From positions 800,001-864,000 of the forward strand of contig CAVRAY010000001.1 in the NCBI GenBank assembly GCA_963719225.1: a stretch of 64,000 nucleotides of DNA. Direction: 5' to 3'. The first letter of the stretch is position 1; the number at the start of each line of letters is the position of its first letter. Both the position numbers and the translations under genes were made by a program. Below the pieces are notes generated by a model. That model ran no database searches, was not told the DNA's origin, and saw nothing but the letters and a program-made list of their open reading frames with translations. Positions 8,901 through 18,581 of the stretch are shown here, piece after piece. This stretch comes from Thermoanaerobaculia bacterium (lineage in GTDB: Bacteria; Acidobacteriota; Thermoanaerobaculia; UBA5066).

Positions 8901-10471
8901 CGCCGCACCACGACATCTATTCGATCGAGGATCTCGCGCAGCTCATCCACGACCTCAAGGAAGTCAATCCCAATGCCCGCGTCGGCGTGAAGCTCGTGGC
9001 CGAGGCCGGCGTCGGGACCGTCGCCGCGGGCGTCGCGAAGGCTTACGCCGACTACGTGCTCATCGCCGGGCACGCGGGCGGGACGGGCGCCTCTCCGCTC
9101 TCGTCGATCAAGCACGCCGGCGCGCCCTGGGAGCTGGGGCTCGCCGAGGCGCAGCACGCGCTCGTCGAGAACGGCCTCCGCCGCCGCATCGAGGTGCGCG
9201 TGGACGGGGGCCTCAGGACGGCGCGCGACGTCGTCATCGCCGCGTGCCTCGGCGCCGAGTCGTTCGGCTTCGGGACGGCGCCTCTCGTGGCGGCGGGGTG
9301 CTCGATGGCGCGGCAGTGCCACCTGAACACGTGCCCGACGGGCATCGCGACCCAGCGCGAGGACCTCCGCAAGAAGTATCGCGGGACTCCCGAGAAGGTC
9401 ATCGCGTACTTCACGCACCTCGCCGAGGACGTGCGCGAGATCCTCGCTTCGCTCGGCGCGCGCTCCCTGGACGAGATCGTGGGCCGGGCCGACTTCCTCG
9501 CCCGCGTCGACCGCCCGGAATCTCCGCGTGCGGCGCTCCTCGACACGTCCCTCCTTCTCCTTCGCGCCGACGACGGGACGAGCCCGCGCCGACGCATGCA
9601 GCTGCGCAACGACCGGCCGCGCCGGGGTCCGCAGTTCCCGTCGCTCGACAGCGAAGTCCTTCCCGAGGCACTTTCCGCGCTCCGGTCGTCGGGCGCGTAC
9701 TCCGGGACGTTCGAGGTGCGCAACCACAACCTCTCCGTGGGGGCGCACCTTTCCGGCGCGCTCGTGCGCGAGCTCGGCGAGGTCCCTCCCGGCGCCGTGC
9801 GCCTGAAGTTCCGCGGGCCGGCCGGCCAGAGCTTCGGCGCGTTCGCGATCTCGGGCCTCGTCCTCGAGCTCGAGGGCGAGGCGAACGACGGCGCGGGGAA
9901 GGGACTCTGCGGCGCCGAGATCGTCCTGAAGCCGTCCCCCCGTGCCCGCCATGCCGCCTCGGCGGGTCCCCAGGCGATCGTCGGGAATGCGGCGCTCTAC
10001 GGCGCGACGTCCGGCCGCTTCTTCGCCGCGGGCCGCGCCGGCGACCGGTTCGCCGTGCGCAACTCGGGGGCGGTGGCGGTCGTCGAAGGGCTCGGCGTGC
10101 ACGGCTGCGAGTACATGACGGGTGGGATCGTCGTCGTCCTCGGAGAGACGGGGGCGAACTTCGGGGCGGGAATGACGAACGGCGTCGCTTACGTGCTCGA
10201 CGCCGACGGACTCTTCGCGTCGCGGTGCAACACGGAGCTCGTGAACGTCGAGCCGCTGGGCGTCGCCGACGAGGAGATCCTCCTGCCGCTCGTCAGGACG
10301 CATCTCGAGAGGACGGGGAGCGCGGTCGCCCAGCGCATCCTCTCGAGCTGGGACTCCGTGCGCACCCGGATGCGGCGCGTGGCCCCGAAGACGGCGCCGG
10401 CCCTGGCTCCGGCGGTCGCGGATGCGAAGGAAGCGCCCGACGAGAAGCCGAAGCTCGCCCGGACGGCGTAG
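5975..10471 (+). CDS. gltB: Glutamate synthase large subunit
   Basis: DACGVGF (N-terminal nucleophile Cys), HQRYSTNT, AHNGEINT, SNSGEGGE, GAKPGEGGQLP, 3Fe-4S motif CSMARQCHLNTCP and GXGXG domain; GTG at 5975 follows SD GAGGAG. Confidence 0.97.
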   Translation: MERGSAPRRWTDGVSPARNPFREQDACGVGFVAHPRHSSHRVLRLALGGLARVAHRGATGADRTGDGAGILTRIPEKLFRREAERLGIPLPDGAPFAIGTFFFPRVNDAQLWSMELVEKTFAAEGLPFLGWRTVPVRTERLGPAAEEARPAIFQAFVGPPRDRDAAEWERTLYLAGRVAARRARQARLHGFWVVSLSSRTIVYKALLTGTELKPFYSDLEDSDYETPIAVFHQRYSTNTVPSWSLAQPFHLLAHNGEINTLWGNRNAMRAREPELSSPVWNGRLPRLLPVLTDEGSDSTSLDEALELLVRSGRDPLHALTMLIPDAPQGEADDALRAFYDFHAGLVEPWDGPAAVAFSDGIVAGAHLDRSGLRPLRFKIARDGLVVAASEAGIVDLEPEDVVESGRLGPGETIAVDTATGEVLRDADVKARLAARRPWGAWVKRHLVHVTKVEVPLPPPPDEDLVRFQSARGWGVEDVKYVLAPMAAGMEPVFSMGDDAPIPPLAKSLQPLYSFFRQRFAQVTNPPIDSLRETLVMSLRMDLGKGGSLLLEEPGDAHFLTLEHPVLLEDEMAGVFAASAFRPVTLDATFPADDGERALTAALEELSHRAEAAVRAGSEILVITDRGATKERVAIPSLLALGAVREHLLRTGLRYRVGLVVESGDARDVHHFAVLCGFGAEAVHPWLALASVRALAAREDVPGDAAATFRVSAEKGLRKVIAKMGISALSSYCGGQVFDALGLAPEVMERCFRGTSSPLGGLGFAEIASDVLASHRAAWEGAPLPDHGRVRYRKDTEEHAWSPPVVVSLQKAAKGTDGAWEEFREKADARGASVPRDLLGFAPRQAVQVEEVESAEEIRKRFIVSAMSLGALSPEMHETLAIAMNRIGARSNSGEGGEDPATWEDSGGERRDNKIKQVASARFGVTARYLVRADELEIKMAQGAKPGEGGQLPAHKNSPLIARLRLTVPGIPLISPPPHHDIYSIEDLAQLIHDLKEVNPNARVGVKLVAEAGVGTVAAGVAKAYADYVLIAGHAGGTGASPLSSIKHAGAPWELGLAEAQHALVENGLRRRIEVRVDGGLRTARDVVIAACLGAESFGFGTAPLVAAGCSMARQCHLNTCPTGIATQREDLRKKYRGTPEKVIAYFTHLAEDVREILASLGARSLDEIVGRADFLARVDRPESPRAALLDTSLLLLRADDGTSPRRRMQLRNDRPRRGPQFPSLDSEVLPEALSALRSSGAYSGTFEVRNHNLSVGAHLSGALVRELGEVPPGAVRLKFRGPAGQSFGAFAISGLVLELEGEANDGAGKGLCGAEIVLKPSPRARHAASAGPQAIVGNAALYGATSGRFFAAGRAGDRFAVRNSGAVAVVEGLGVHGCEYMTGGIVVVLGETGANFGAGMTNGVAYVLDADGLFASRCNTELVNVEPLGVADEEILLPLVRTHLERTGSAVAQRILSSWDSVRTRMRRVAPKTAPALAPAVADAKEAPDEKPKLARTA

Positions 10472-10529
10472 CTTCCCCGGCGCGCCCGGCCTGCCGACGC
10501 GGCAGGCGGAAGCCTGATAGGTTTCCGCC

Positions 10530-11537
10530 ATGCTTTTCACTCTGCTCCTCTTCCAGGCCGCTGCGGCCGCGCCGTCCGTTCCATCGGCGGCCATCCTCCG
10601 AGTCGTCCCGAAACACGAAGAGCTCGCGTATACGTTCGGCGGTGTCCCCGCGCGCTATCGGATCCGATCCGGCACGCGGGTCGTCGCATGGACGGAAGAC
10701 TGCTTCGACGGCGCCGTGAAGACGACCGCGGACCTGCCGTCGAAGGTCATGGCGCCCGGGCACGACAACCCGCAGACGGGGCCGTTCTTCGTGGAAGGCG
10801 CCGAGCCGGGCGACACCCTCGCGATCCGGATCCTGAAGCTGGAGCCCGCGCGGACGTGGGCCGTCTCCGCGTTCGGGCCGGGTTTCGGCGCGCTCGTCGG
10901 GACGGATCGCACCGCGATCCTGGGTCCCGAGTTCCCTGAGACCGTGTGGCGCTACGGGATCGACGCGAAGAAAGGCGTCGCGCGGACGACGTCCGGCGAC
11001 GGGAAGCAGGCCTGGGAAGTTCCGCTCGCTCCGTTCCTCGGCTGCCTCGGCGTCGCGCCTTCGATGGGCGAAGCGCGCTCCACGATCGTACCGGGCACCT
11101 TCGGCGGGAACATGGACTGCCCCGAGGTGAAGGCGGGAAACACGGTCTATCTCGGCGTGAGCGTCAAGGGCGGGCTCTTGTCGTTCGGCGACGGCCACTA
11201 CGCGATGGGGGACGGCGAAATCATGGGGGCCGCCGTCGAGGGCGCGATGAACGTCGAGCTCGTCGTGGACCTGGTGAAGGGAAAGCCGACTCCCGTGCCG
11301 CGCATCGAGAACGCGGACGAGGTCATGTTCGTGGGCGCGGGCCGTCCCCTCGAGGACGCCGCGCGCGTCGCCTTCAAGGCGATGGTGGGGTGGGTGCGCG
11401 AGGCGACGGGCCTGCCGGAGATCGATGCCTACCAGTTCGTCTCGCAGTTCGCGAAGGCGCCGATCGTCCAGCTCGTGGACCCGGAGTACACCGTCCTCGT
11501 GAAGCTCGAGAAGAAGCGGCTGCCGCAGAAGCGCTGA
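10530..11537 (+). CDS. Acetamidase/formamidase family protein
   Basis: TGPFFVEGAEPGD, GGNMD and GDGHYAMGDGE; N-terminal signal-like segment. Confidence 0.92.
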   Translation: MLFTLLLFQAAAAAPSVPSAAILRVVPKHEELAYTFGGVPARYRIRSGTRVVAWTEDCFDGAVKTTADLPSKVMAPGHDNPQTGPFFVEGAEPGDTLAIRILKLEPARTWAVSAFGPGFGALVGTDRTAILGPEFPETVWRYGIDAKKGVARTTSGDGKQAWEVPLAPFLGCLGVAPSMGEARSTIVPGTFGGNMDCPEVKAGNTVYLGVSVKGGLLSFGDGHYAMGDGEIMGAAVEGAMNVELVVDLVKGKPTPVPRIENADEVMFVGAGRPLEDAARVAFKAMVGWVREATGLPEIDAYQFVSQFAKAPIVQLVDPEYTVLVKLEKKRLPQKR

Positions 11538-11569
11538 GAGGGGGGAAGAAGAGCGGAAGGAAGAGACCC

Positions 11570-12502
11570 TCAGGAAGTAGAGCTCGCGTCGTCCACGACC
11601 CGATTTCGGCCGAGTCTCTTCGCCTCGTACATCCGCGCGTCCGCCCGGGCGACGAGCGAGGCCACGGTGTCGTCCGTCCGCGCCTCGGTCACGCCGACCG
11701 AGACGGTCATCTCGAGGCCGGGGACCGTCGGAACGCTGGAATGTGCGATGAGAGTTCGCAGCCTCTGGCCGGCCTCCGTGAGGTGGTGCGCGTCGAGCCC
11801 TCCGACGAGCACGATGAACTCCTCGCCGCCCCAGCGCCCGAGGAAGTCGCCCACCCTCAGGGCGCCCGAGAGCGTCTTCCCGACGACGCGGAGCGCGTCG
11901 TCTCCCGCTGCGTGTCCGTACCGGTCGTTGACGTTCTTGAACCCGTCCAGGTCCAGGAAAAGGAGTCCGACCGGCAGCCCGTAACGCTGCTTCTCGGCGA
12001 GACGCGAGGAGAGCTGGATCTCCGCGTAGCGGCGGTTTCCGGCGCCGGTGAGGGGGTCGATCAGGGAGAGGGCCTCCAGCTCCCGGATCCGCTCTGCCGC
12101 GAGGACCTGTCCGGAGATGTCGTTGAAGACTTCGACGGCTCCGACGATCTCGCCGGCGGTCCCCCGGATCGGGTACGCGCGCACCGTGATCGGCACGCGA
12201 TGGCCGTTCTTGTGGTGGAGAAACATCTCCTCGGCCCGTTCGAGGCCGTCGACCATCGTGGCCTCCATCGGGCAGCCGTCGTGGCAGAGGAGCCGGCCGT
12301 TCGAATCCATGTGCTGGAGGAGTCCCTCCGCGCAGCACTTGCCGAGCACTTCCTCGGCGGGATAGCCCGTGAGCCGTTCCGCGCCGCGGTTCCAGTACGT
12401 GATGCGGCGCGACCGGTCGAGAAAGTAGACACCTTCCGTGAGGTTGTCGATCAATCCCCTGAAAAAACCGTCATCGTGGGTCGGGTGCACGCTGTCTGCC
12501 AT
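11570..12502 (-). CDS. PAS-domain diguanylate cyclase
   Basis: PAS domain (ITYWNRGAERLTGY), DPLTGAGNRR, DLDGFKNVNDRYGH, RxxD I-site (RVGD) and RWGGEEF. Confidence 0.93.
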   Translation of the reverse strand: MADSVHPTHDDGFFRGLIDNLTEGVYFLDRSRRITYWNRGAERLTGYPAEEVLGKCCAEGLLQHMDSNGRLLCHDGCPMEATMVDGLERAEEMFLHHKNGHRVPITVRAYPIRGTAGEIVGAVEVFNDISGQVLAAERIRELEALSLIDPLTGAGNRRYAEIQLSSRLAEKQRYGLPVGLLFLDLDGFKNVNDRYGHAAGDDALRVVGKTLSGALRVGDFLGRWGGEEFIVLVGGLDAHHLTEAGQRLRTLIAHSSVPTVPGLEMTVSVGVTEARTDDTVASLVARADARMYEAKRLGRNRVVDDASSTS

Positions 12503-12507
12503 CGCGT

Positions 12508-14967
12508 CTAAGGGTACAGCAGGAACGCGGCCCGCCGCCTCTCGGACTCCATCGATCCTGCGGCCCAGGCGCCCGTGATCTCGCCGGCGGTCTCGCCGCG
12601 TGAAAAGCGCGCGAGCGCGGCGCGGCTGACGAGGAGACGGTTCAACTTCTCCCCGTTCCACTCTTTCGCGTGCAGGTCGCGGAGGGCGGTCGCGACGTGG
12701 AAGCCGAGGGCCACCGCGTTCAGAGCATTCCGGTCGACGAGCGTGATCCGGACGCCGGAGCACTCCTCGTCCTTGAAGACCGACGAGAGAGGCTTGAAGC
12801 GCACGGGCGTGAAGCGCACTCCGGCGAGGCCGCGCGCGTTCAAGGTCGCCGCGACGCGCGGGCCGTCCATCCACGGCGCGCCAAAAATCTCGAACGGGGA
12901 GTCGGTCCCGCGCCCGACGGAGAGATTCGTCGTCTCGAGGAGGCCGATCCCCGGATAGAGCGCCGCCTGGGTCACCGAACGGAGGTTCGGCGAAGGGTTC
13001 ACCCAGGCGAGGCCCGTCTCGTCGTACCAGAGGTCCCGCGCGTAGCCCCGCATCTTCACGACCGTCAGGTCCGCACCGAGCTTTTTCTCCGCGTTGTAGA
13101 GAGTCGCCAGCTCGCCGATCGTCATCCCCGTCCGGATCGGCGTCGTGTGATACGCGACGAAGGAGAGCGCGTCGTCGTCGGCCGGCGGGCCCTCCCGCAC
13201 GTCGGCGCGAATCGGGTTCGGCCGATCGAGGACGAAGACTTTCACTTTCGCTTTCGCCGCCTCTTCGAGGACGTAGCCCATCGAGGCGAGATACGTGTAG
13301 AAGCGGCAGCCCGCGTCCTGCAGGTCCACGACGACGGCATCGAGGCCCTTGAGATCCTCGGGCCGCGGCCGGCGCGACTCGGGCGTATCGCCGTAGAGCG
13401 AGCGAACGGGGAGGCCCGTCTTCTCGTCGGTGGAGTCGGAGACCTTCTCGTCGAGCGCCCCGCGGATTCCGTGCTCCGGGGAGAAGAGCTTGGAAAGGGT
13501 CACGCCCGCTGACTTTGCCTTTGCCGAGGAAAGTACGTCGATCGTGGAGCGGCCGTCGCGCGTAAGGCCCGTGTGGTTCGTGAGCAACCCGATGCGCATT
13601 CCAGAAATGAATTTGAACGAAGATTCTTCGAGTGTGTCGATGCCCGGCCGGACCTGCCCCAGAACGCGCGCATGCTCGGCAGCGGCCTCTATACCACTCG
13701 AAGAACGCGCCGCAGGCGCGGGCGCCGAAGGCGCGCTCGTGCTCTTCGAAGCTGCCGTCGCGGCGCCGATGGCGGCAAGGAAGGCAGTCCCCTCCGAAGC
13801 CTTTCTAAGCTCTTCCGGTGTCCTGTCCGTGATTGCGCTCGCGACGATCGTCGCGACCCTGCCGCGCAGCGGGATGACGTTTCCGGACTCGTCGGGATGG
13901 TTGCGGTTCGTGAGGAGGATGACGAACGTCTCCGTCGTCGGATCCAGCCAGAGAGACGTGCCGGTCCAGCCGGTGTGTCCGTAGGATCCGAGCGGAAAGA
14001 GATCCCCGCGGACCGACGAAAAGCGCGTGGCGACGTCCCAGCCGAGGCCGCGAAGATCGTCGTCGCCGTAGGAGCGCGGACGTGTCATCGCGGCGACCGT
14101 CGCGGGCGAGAGCACCCCGCTCCCGCCCGCGAGCATCGCCGCGCAGAACTTCGCCAGGTCGTCCGCGGTCGAAAAAAGTCCCGCGTGGCCCGCGACGCCG
14201 CCGAGCGCCGAGGCGCGCGGGTCGTGGACCGCGCCCCGCCGGATCTCGCCGTTGATCTTCTCGGTGGGGGCGATGCGGGAGAGCGGAGGAGAAAAGAAAG
14301 AAGAAGATTTCTTGGAAGGTGAAGAGGGAGAGAGGGGAAGGAAGCCCGTGTCCTTCATTCCGAGGGGCTCGAAGACGCGTTTCGCCGCGTATTCGTCGAG
14401 TGGAAGAGAAGAGATCCGACGCACCATTTCGCCGAGGACCTCGAATCCCGCATCCGAGTAAAGGAAGCGCGATCCGGGCGCCGCGACGAGCGGCTGCCTG
14501 TATTTCTTTTCGAAGATCTCCTGCGGCGAACCGACATAGAGCGCCATCGGATCGTCGGCGGCCAATCCCGCCCGATGCGTCAGGAGCTGCTCCACGGTGA
14601 CCTGGTCTCGGGCGCCGCCGCCCGACGCGAATTCGGGGATGTGTTTCGCGACGCGGTCCTGGAGGCGGACCTTCCCATCCTCGACGAGCGCCATCACGCT
14701 CGTCGCCGTCGCGACGACCTTCGTGAGGGACGCGAGGTCGAAGACCGTCTCCGGCGTCATCGGCTCGACGGCCGGAAGGACCGCACGGTTGCCGTAGGCT
14801 TTGCGAAAGACGATCTTTCCGTGCCGGCCCACGAGGACGACCGCGCCCGGGCACTCCTTGTTCCGGATCGACTCTTCGACGACGGAATCGATGTGGCTCA
14901 GGCGGCCGGCGGACATTGCCGCCGCGGACGGTTGGACGACCGCGAGCGCCAGGAGCAGAGAGATCAT
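12508..14967 (-). CDS. Serine hydrolase (class C beta-lactamase fold) fused to NamZ/DUF1343 exo-beta-N-acetylmuramidase
   Basis: N-terminal half has SLTK, YSD and HTGWTG; C-terminal half has GLLTNHTG, FSPEHG, DLQDAGCRFYTY, DRPNP and PSPNL; signal peptide. Confidence 0.9.
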   Translation of the reverse strand: MISLLLALAVVQPSAAAMSAGRLSHIDSVVEESIRNKECPGAVVLVGRHGKIVFRKAYGNRAVLPAVEPMTPETVFDLASLTKVVATATSVMALVEDGKVRLQDRVAKHIPEFASGGGARDQVTVEQLLTHRAGLAADDPMALYVGSPQEIFEKKYRQPLVAAPGSRFLYSDAGFEVLGEMVRRISSLPLDEYAAKRVFEPLGMKDTGFLPLSPSSPSKKSSSFFSPPLSRIAPTEKINGEIRRGAVHDPRASALGGVAGHAGLFSTADDLAKFCAAMLAGGSGVLSPATVAAMTRPRSYGDDDLRGLGWDVATRFSSVRGDLFPLGSYGHTGWTGTSLWLDPTTETFVILLTNRNHPDESGNVIPLRGRVATIVASAITDRTPEELRKASEGTAFLAAIGAATAASKSTSAPSAPAPAARSSSGIEAAAEHARVLGQVRPGIDTLEESSFKFISGMRIGLLTNHTGLTRDGRSTIDVLSSAKAKSAGVTLSKLFSPEHGIRGALDEKVSDSTDEKTGLPVRSLYGDTPESRRPRPEDLKGLDAVVVDLQDAGCRFYTYLASMGYVLEEAAKAKVKVFVLDRPNPIRADVREGPPADDDALSFVAYHTTPIRTGMTIGELATLYNAEKKLGADLTVVKMRGYARDLWYDETGLAWVNPSPNLRSVTQAALYPGIGLLETTNLSVGRGTDSPFEIFGAPWMDGPRVAATLNARGLAGVRFTPVRFKPLSSVFKDEECSGVRITLVDRNALNAVALGFHVATALRDLHAKEWNGEKLNRLLVSRAALARFSRGETAGEITGAWAAGSMESERRRAAFLLYP
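14303..14328 (+). repeat. Copy of the dispersed motif inside a Ser-rich in-frame segment
   Basis: GAAGATTTCTTGGAAGGTGAAGAGGG; the last 21 nt are identical to 60989-61009. Confidence 0.8.
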
Positions 14968-16748
14968 TTGCCTTCCGCCGCGACGATGGCGCGGAGATCG
15001 GCCTGGGTCCGGTAGACGCCTCCGCGGACGACGGCTTTCAACTTCCGCACGTTAGCGATGTCGGCCGCGGGATCGGCGCCGAGGACGAGGAAATCGGCGA
15101 GCTTCCCCTTTTCGACCGTGCCGACCTCCCGGTCGCGCCCGAGCGCGAGGCTGCCGCCTCTCGTCGAGGCCACGAGGACTTCCATCGGCGTCATTCCCGC
15201 GGCCTGCATCGCTTCCATCTCCGCGTAGACGGAGACGCCGTGGAGCGTGAGGGGATTCCCGGCATCCGTGCCCATCGCGATCGGGATGCCGGCGTCGCGC
15301 ACGACCTTCAGGTTCGCGGCGGAGACTTTGTTCAGCTCCGCGGTGCGGGCGGCGCGGGTCGCCGCTGCCGCCTGCACGTTCGTCGCCTCGACCCTCGCCG
15401 TTTCGGCAACGTTCTCGCGCGTCGACGGATCGACGCAACCGTTCGGGTCGTCGATCACGGGCGTCTTCTTCGCCAGAGCGGCCTCGAACATCCGGACGTA
15501 GCCGCCGGCCACGACGAGCGTCGGGCAGTAGATCGTGCCGTTCTTCTTCGCGAGGGCGAGGAACTCGTCGTCCACCGGAACGTCCCAGACGCTGTGGACG
15601 AGAAGCTTCGCGCCGGCCTTGAGCGCCACTTTCGCCTCGGCGAGGCCGGTGGAATGGACGATCAGGCGCAGGCCGTTTTTTCTGACCTCCTCGCCCGCCG
15701 CGAGGACAAACGGCGCCGTCGTTTCGATCGGGAGGTCGGGCCGCACGATGTACCAGAGCTTGACGGCGGCCGGGCTCAGCGACTTGAGGTAGGACACGCC
15801 GGTTCGCGCCGACTCGGCGTCTTTCAGGTGGATGAACTGCCGCTCGGCGGGCAGGTTCAGCCAGTGGTCGAGGGTCGAGAGGAGAGGGCCGGCCGCGGCC
15901 ACGCGGGGCGCCAACGTGTCGTTCTCGGCCCGTCGAGGCAGCTCGAGCGTCCACGGATAGCCGCCCACGTCGAAGACGCTCGTCACACCCGAGCAGAGGT
16001 ACGACCGGAAAAAGCGCTCGGGATGCGCTTTGAGGAAGCCCTCGGTCTTCTCGTAGGGGTGCGTCTTCCTCACGTCGAGCGCGTCCGGCCGCCCGTCGGC
16101 CCAGCCCGTCTGCGAAAAGTGGACGTGCGCGTCGATGAGGCCGGGCGTGATCCAGGCGCCGTTCAGGCTTTCGACGGCCACGCCTTCGGGGACGCGGCAG
16201 GACGGTCGGGGTCCGGCGCAGTCGATCCTTCCCGCGCGCACCAGGACGACCGCGTCGGGGACGGGCGGAGCGCCGGTCCCGTCGACGAGCGTCGCCCCGA
16301 CGAAGGCGCGCGGCGGCGGGGGCGTGCCGAGCGGAGCGTCGAACGCGGAGGTGACGGTGATCTTCCAGCCCTTCGGAGTCTTGACGAAGAGCCGCTCGGA
16401 GAGGCCGGCGTGCTCGTCCGCGCCGTAGCGCACCCTGTAGCGATACGTGCCGTAGACGATGCCGGAGGAGACCGGCACGAGCCTCAGGTCGTCCGCGACG
16501 AGTGTGTCCGGCCACTTCGCGCCTGCCTGCTTCGCGAAGTCCTCGTAGCCGAGAGCGGGTCCCTCGGGCGTCGCGCGGACGAGCTGCGCGGAGTCGAGGT
16601 AGCAGGCGAGATACGCCGCCTTGTCGCGCCTGTGGATGGCGGCAATGTTCTTCTCGAAGACGGCGCGTGCTTCGTCTACGTCGGACGCGAAGACGGAGAG
16701 GAACGTACAGGCCGCGCACGCGACCAGAAACCGGCGGATCGTTCTCAT
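14964..16748 (-). CDS. Amidohydrolase with N-terminal SnoaL/NTF2-like domain
   Basis: PGLIDAHVH, GTDAG and GTVEKGKLADF; NTF2-like N-terminal region ending GWKITVT; signal peptide from MRTIRRF. Confidence 0.88.
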   Translation of the reverse strand: MRTIRRFLVACAACTFLSVFASDVDEARAVFEKNIAAIHRRDKAAYLACYLDSAQLVRATPEGPALGYEDFAKQAGAKWPDTLVADDLRLVPVSSGIVYGTYRYRVRYGADEHAGLSERLFVKTPKGWKITVTSAFDAPLGTPPPPRAFVGATLVDGTGAPPVPDAVVLVRAGRIDCAGPRPSCRVPEGVAVESLNGAWITPGLIDAHVHFSQTGWADGRPDALDVRKTHPYEKTEGFLKAHPERFFRSYLCSGVTSVFDVGGYPWTLELPRRAENDTLAPRVAAAGPLLSTLDHWLNLPAERQFIHLKDAESARTGVSYLKSLSPAAVKLWYIVRPDLPIETTAPFVLAAGEEVRKNGLRLIVHSTGLAEAKVALKAGAKLLVHSVWDVPVDDEFLALAKKNGTIYCPTLVVAGGYVRMFEAALAKKTPVIDDPNGCVDPSTRENVAETARVEATNVQAAAATRAARTAELNKVSAANLKVVRDAGIPIAMGTDAGNPLTLHGVSVYAEMEAMQAAGMTPMEVLVASTRGGSLALGRDREVGTVEKGKLADFLVLGADPAADIANVRKLKAVVRGGVYRTQADLRAIVAAEGK

Positions 16749-16771
16749 GCGGGGATTATCCCCGCGATGTG

Positions 16772-18460
16772 TCAGACGCCTCGTTTCAAGAGCGTGAGCG
16801 CCGCCGCCACGAGGGCGAGTCCGAGGAGGGCGAGCATCCCGTCCGACAGCGTCGGGATGTTGCTGGCGGCACCTGGAGGGCCGGTCGTCGGGGTGGGCGT
16901 GACGGTGGGCGTCGTCGTAGGCGTCGCCGTGGCGATCGTCGTCGGCGTGGTCGTGGGCGTGGGCGTGGGCGGCGCGCCTGCCGCGTTCAGGCAAACCGAG
17001 AATTCGGACGTGTTGTTCGCGGGGTCGGTCGCCGTCGCCGTGATGATCGTCTGCCCCCCGGAAATGGCGAAAACGAGCGGCCCGAAGCTCGCGTTACAGG
17101 TCCCATCCGTCGTGACGGTGGCGAACCCGAGAAATGTCCGCCCCTCACCGTTGCCGGAGGCATGGCAGGTGATGTTCGAGAAGAACTCGACGCGGTAAGT
17201 CGTACTGGCCGCGCTGTTGAGCGTCCCGGAGATCGTGACGTTTCCGGCGGCGATGGACGCCGAGGTGAGCACGGGATAGTTCTGCCCGAGATTGCCCGGC
17301 AGGGTGTCGACGTCGCACGCGTCGTTGGCCAGGGGAGCGCCCGAAGAGAGGCTGATCCCTAGAAGTGTATTGGAGAAGATGGAGTTGCCCAAGATGGTGT
17401 GGCCGAAGGCGTTGTTTTGAACACGGACCCCCACGCCGGCATTGAACGCAATCGTATTGCTCTGCCCGAGGCTCGTCCCGCCGATGAGAAAGCCGGTTCC
17501 GTTGAAGTTGATTCCGCCGAAATTGGAGTTCCCCAGGGCGCCGACCCCGTCCCGCTGGGTTCCGACGAGATTCCCCTGGACGGTGCCCCCGCCGAGAAGA
17601 TCGGCGCCGCCGCCGCTGTTTCCCGAGATCAGATTCCCCAGAATGGTCGTGTTCGACGCCGGACTGTGGATGTTGATTCCCCCGGGGGAGTTGAAGGCGC
17701 TTACGTTGAGAGCCAGCGTTCCCGTGACGTCCGTCCCGATGTAGTTGCCCTGAATCAGGGTTCCATTGCCCGAGGTGAGGAAGATCGACACCGGCCCCGT
17801 CGTGTCGCCTGACACGAGGTTTCGGTCCGCGGCGGCGGGACCGCCGAAGACGCAGTTATCCCCCGACGACAGACGGATGCCGACTCCGCTGCCGCCGGTC
17901 GCCACCGTCCCTGCCGGATTCGTTCCGAGAAAGTTGCCCGCGATCGTCACGCTGCCTGCGTTGATCGTGATCTGGTCGCCGAGGAGTCCATGTATGTTCA
18001 GCCCGCGGATGACGGACCCGGCGGCGTTGACGGTCAGCCCTCCGGCCGCGTCGCCGTTCAACTCGATGAGGATGACGGCGTTGATGCCGGCGTTGAACGC
18101 GTTCGTGTTGGGGCTCGACACCCCTTGCGTGTAGCCGTTGATGAAGACCGCCTCGGTGATTGGCGGGAGCGGTGAGGCCGGAGTGATGGTCTTGACTCCG
18201 GCGCCTGGAATGTTGAACGCAATCGTGTCGAGACCCGCGGCGCCGGCCGCGCATTCACCCGCGGCTCCGCCCGAGGCCGTGTTCGTGTTAGCGGCGATGA
18301 TCGCTTCCCGCAGCGTGCAGACGCCGTCGTTGGCGGCCGCGTCGGACGTACCGTTGACCGTGATCGTGGCCGCGCCGGCGGGTGAGGCCGCGAGGAACAG
18401 GACCGCAGCCGCGATCGCGGGGACCCCCCGAACTTCGATCCGGGAACGCAGAGCTGCCAT
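16772..18460 (-). CDS. CSLREA-domain beta-helix surface protein with IPTL-CTERM sorting signal
   Basis: DGVCTLREAIIAAN; Asn/Gly-rich GNxIGT repeats; PT linker; IPTLSDGMLALLGLALVAAALTLLKR tail. Confidence 0.9.
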   Translation of the reverse strand: MAALRSRIEVRGVPAIAAAVLFLAASPAGAATITVNGTSDAAANDGVCTLREAIIAANTNTASGGAAGECAAGAAGLDTIAFNIPGAGVKTITPASPLPPITEAVFINGYTQGVSSPNTNAFNAGINAVILIELNGDAAGGLTVNAAGSVIRGLNIHGLLGDQITINAGSVTIAGNFLGTNPAGTVATGGSGVGIRLSSGDNCVFGGPAAADRNLVSGDTTGPVSIFLTSGNGTLIQGNYIGTDVTGTLALNVSAFNSPGGINIHSPASNTTILGNLISGNSGGGADLLGGGTVQGNLVGTQRDGVGALGNSNFGGINFNGTGFLIGGTSLGQSNTIAFNAGVGVRVQNNAFGHTILGNSIFSNTLLGISLSSGAPLANDACDVDTLPGNLGQNYPVLTSASIAAGNVTISGTLNSAASTTYRVEFFSNITCHASGNGEGRTFLGFATVTTDGTCNASFGPLVFAISGGQTIITATATDPANNTSEFSVCLNAAGAPPTPTPTTTPTTIATATPTTTPTVTPTPTTGPPGAASNIPTLSDGMLALLGLALVAAALTLLKRGV

Positions 18461-18581
18461 GTGTCCTCCTCGAAATTGCGCGAGAACGCAATCTAGGAGA
18501 TCCCCCGCCTCTTCGGCATAGCATGGGGATGCGGTGGATTCGAGGTGTGAGGGTGCTCGAGAGCGGGCCCCCGCCCCCGCC

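Noticed and set aside
7018-10719. Very long alternative-frame and antisense ORFs (7018-10719, 7496-10594, 19180-21522, 33577-35766, 36405-39098 and others)
   Set aside because: These Arg/Gly/Pro-rich shadow frames are expected at high GC, overlap clearly identifiable genes and show no recognisable motifs
11538-11582. Purine tract between convergent genes as another motif copy
   Set aside because: It shares the purine run, but the core (CCCTCAGGAAGT) is too divergent to count
16880-16975. GTCGTC/GGCGTG short tandem repeats
   Set aside because: They encode the Pro/Thr linker before the IPTL-CTERM signal
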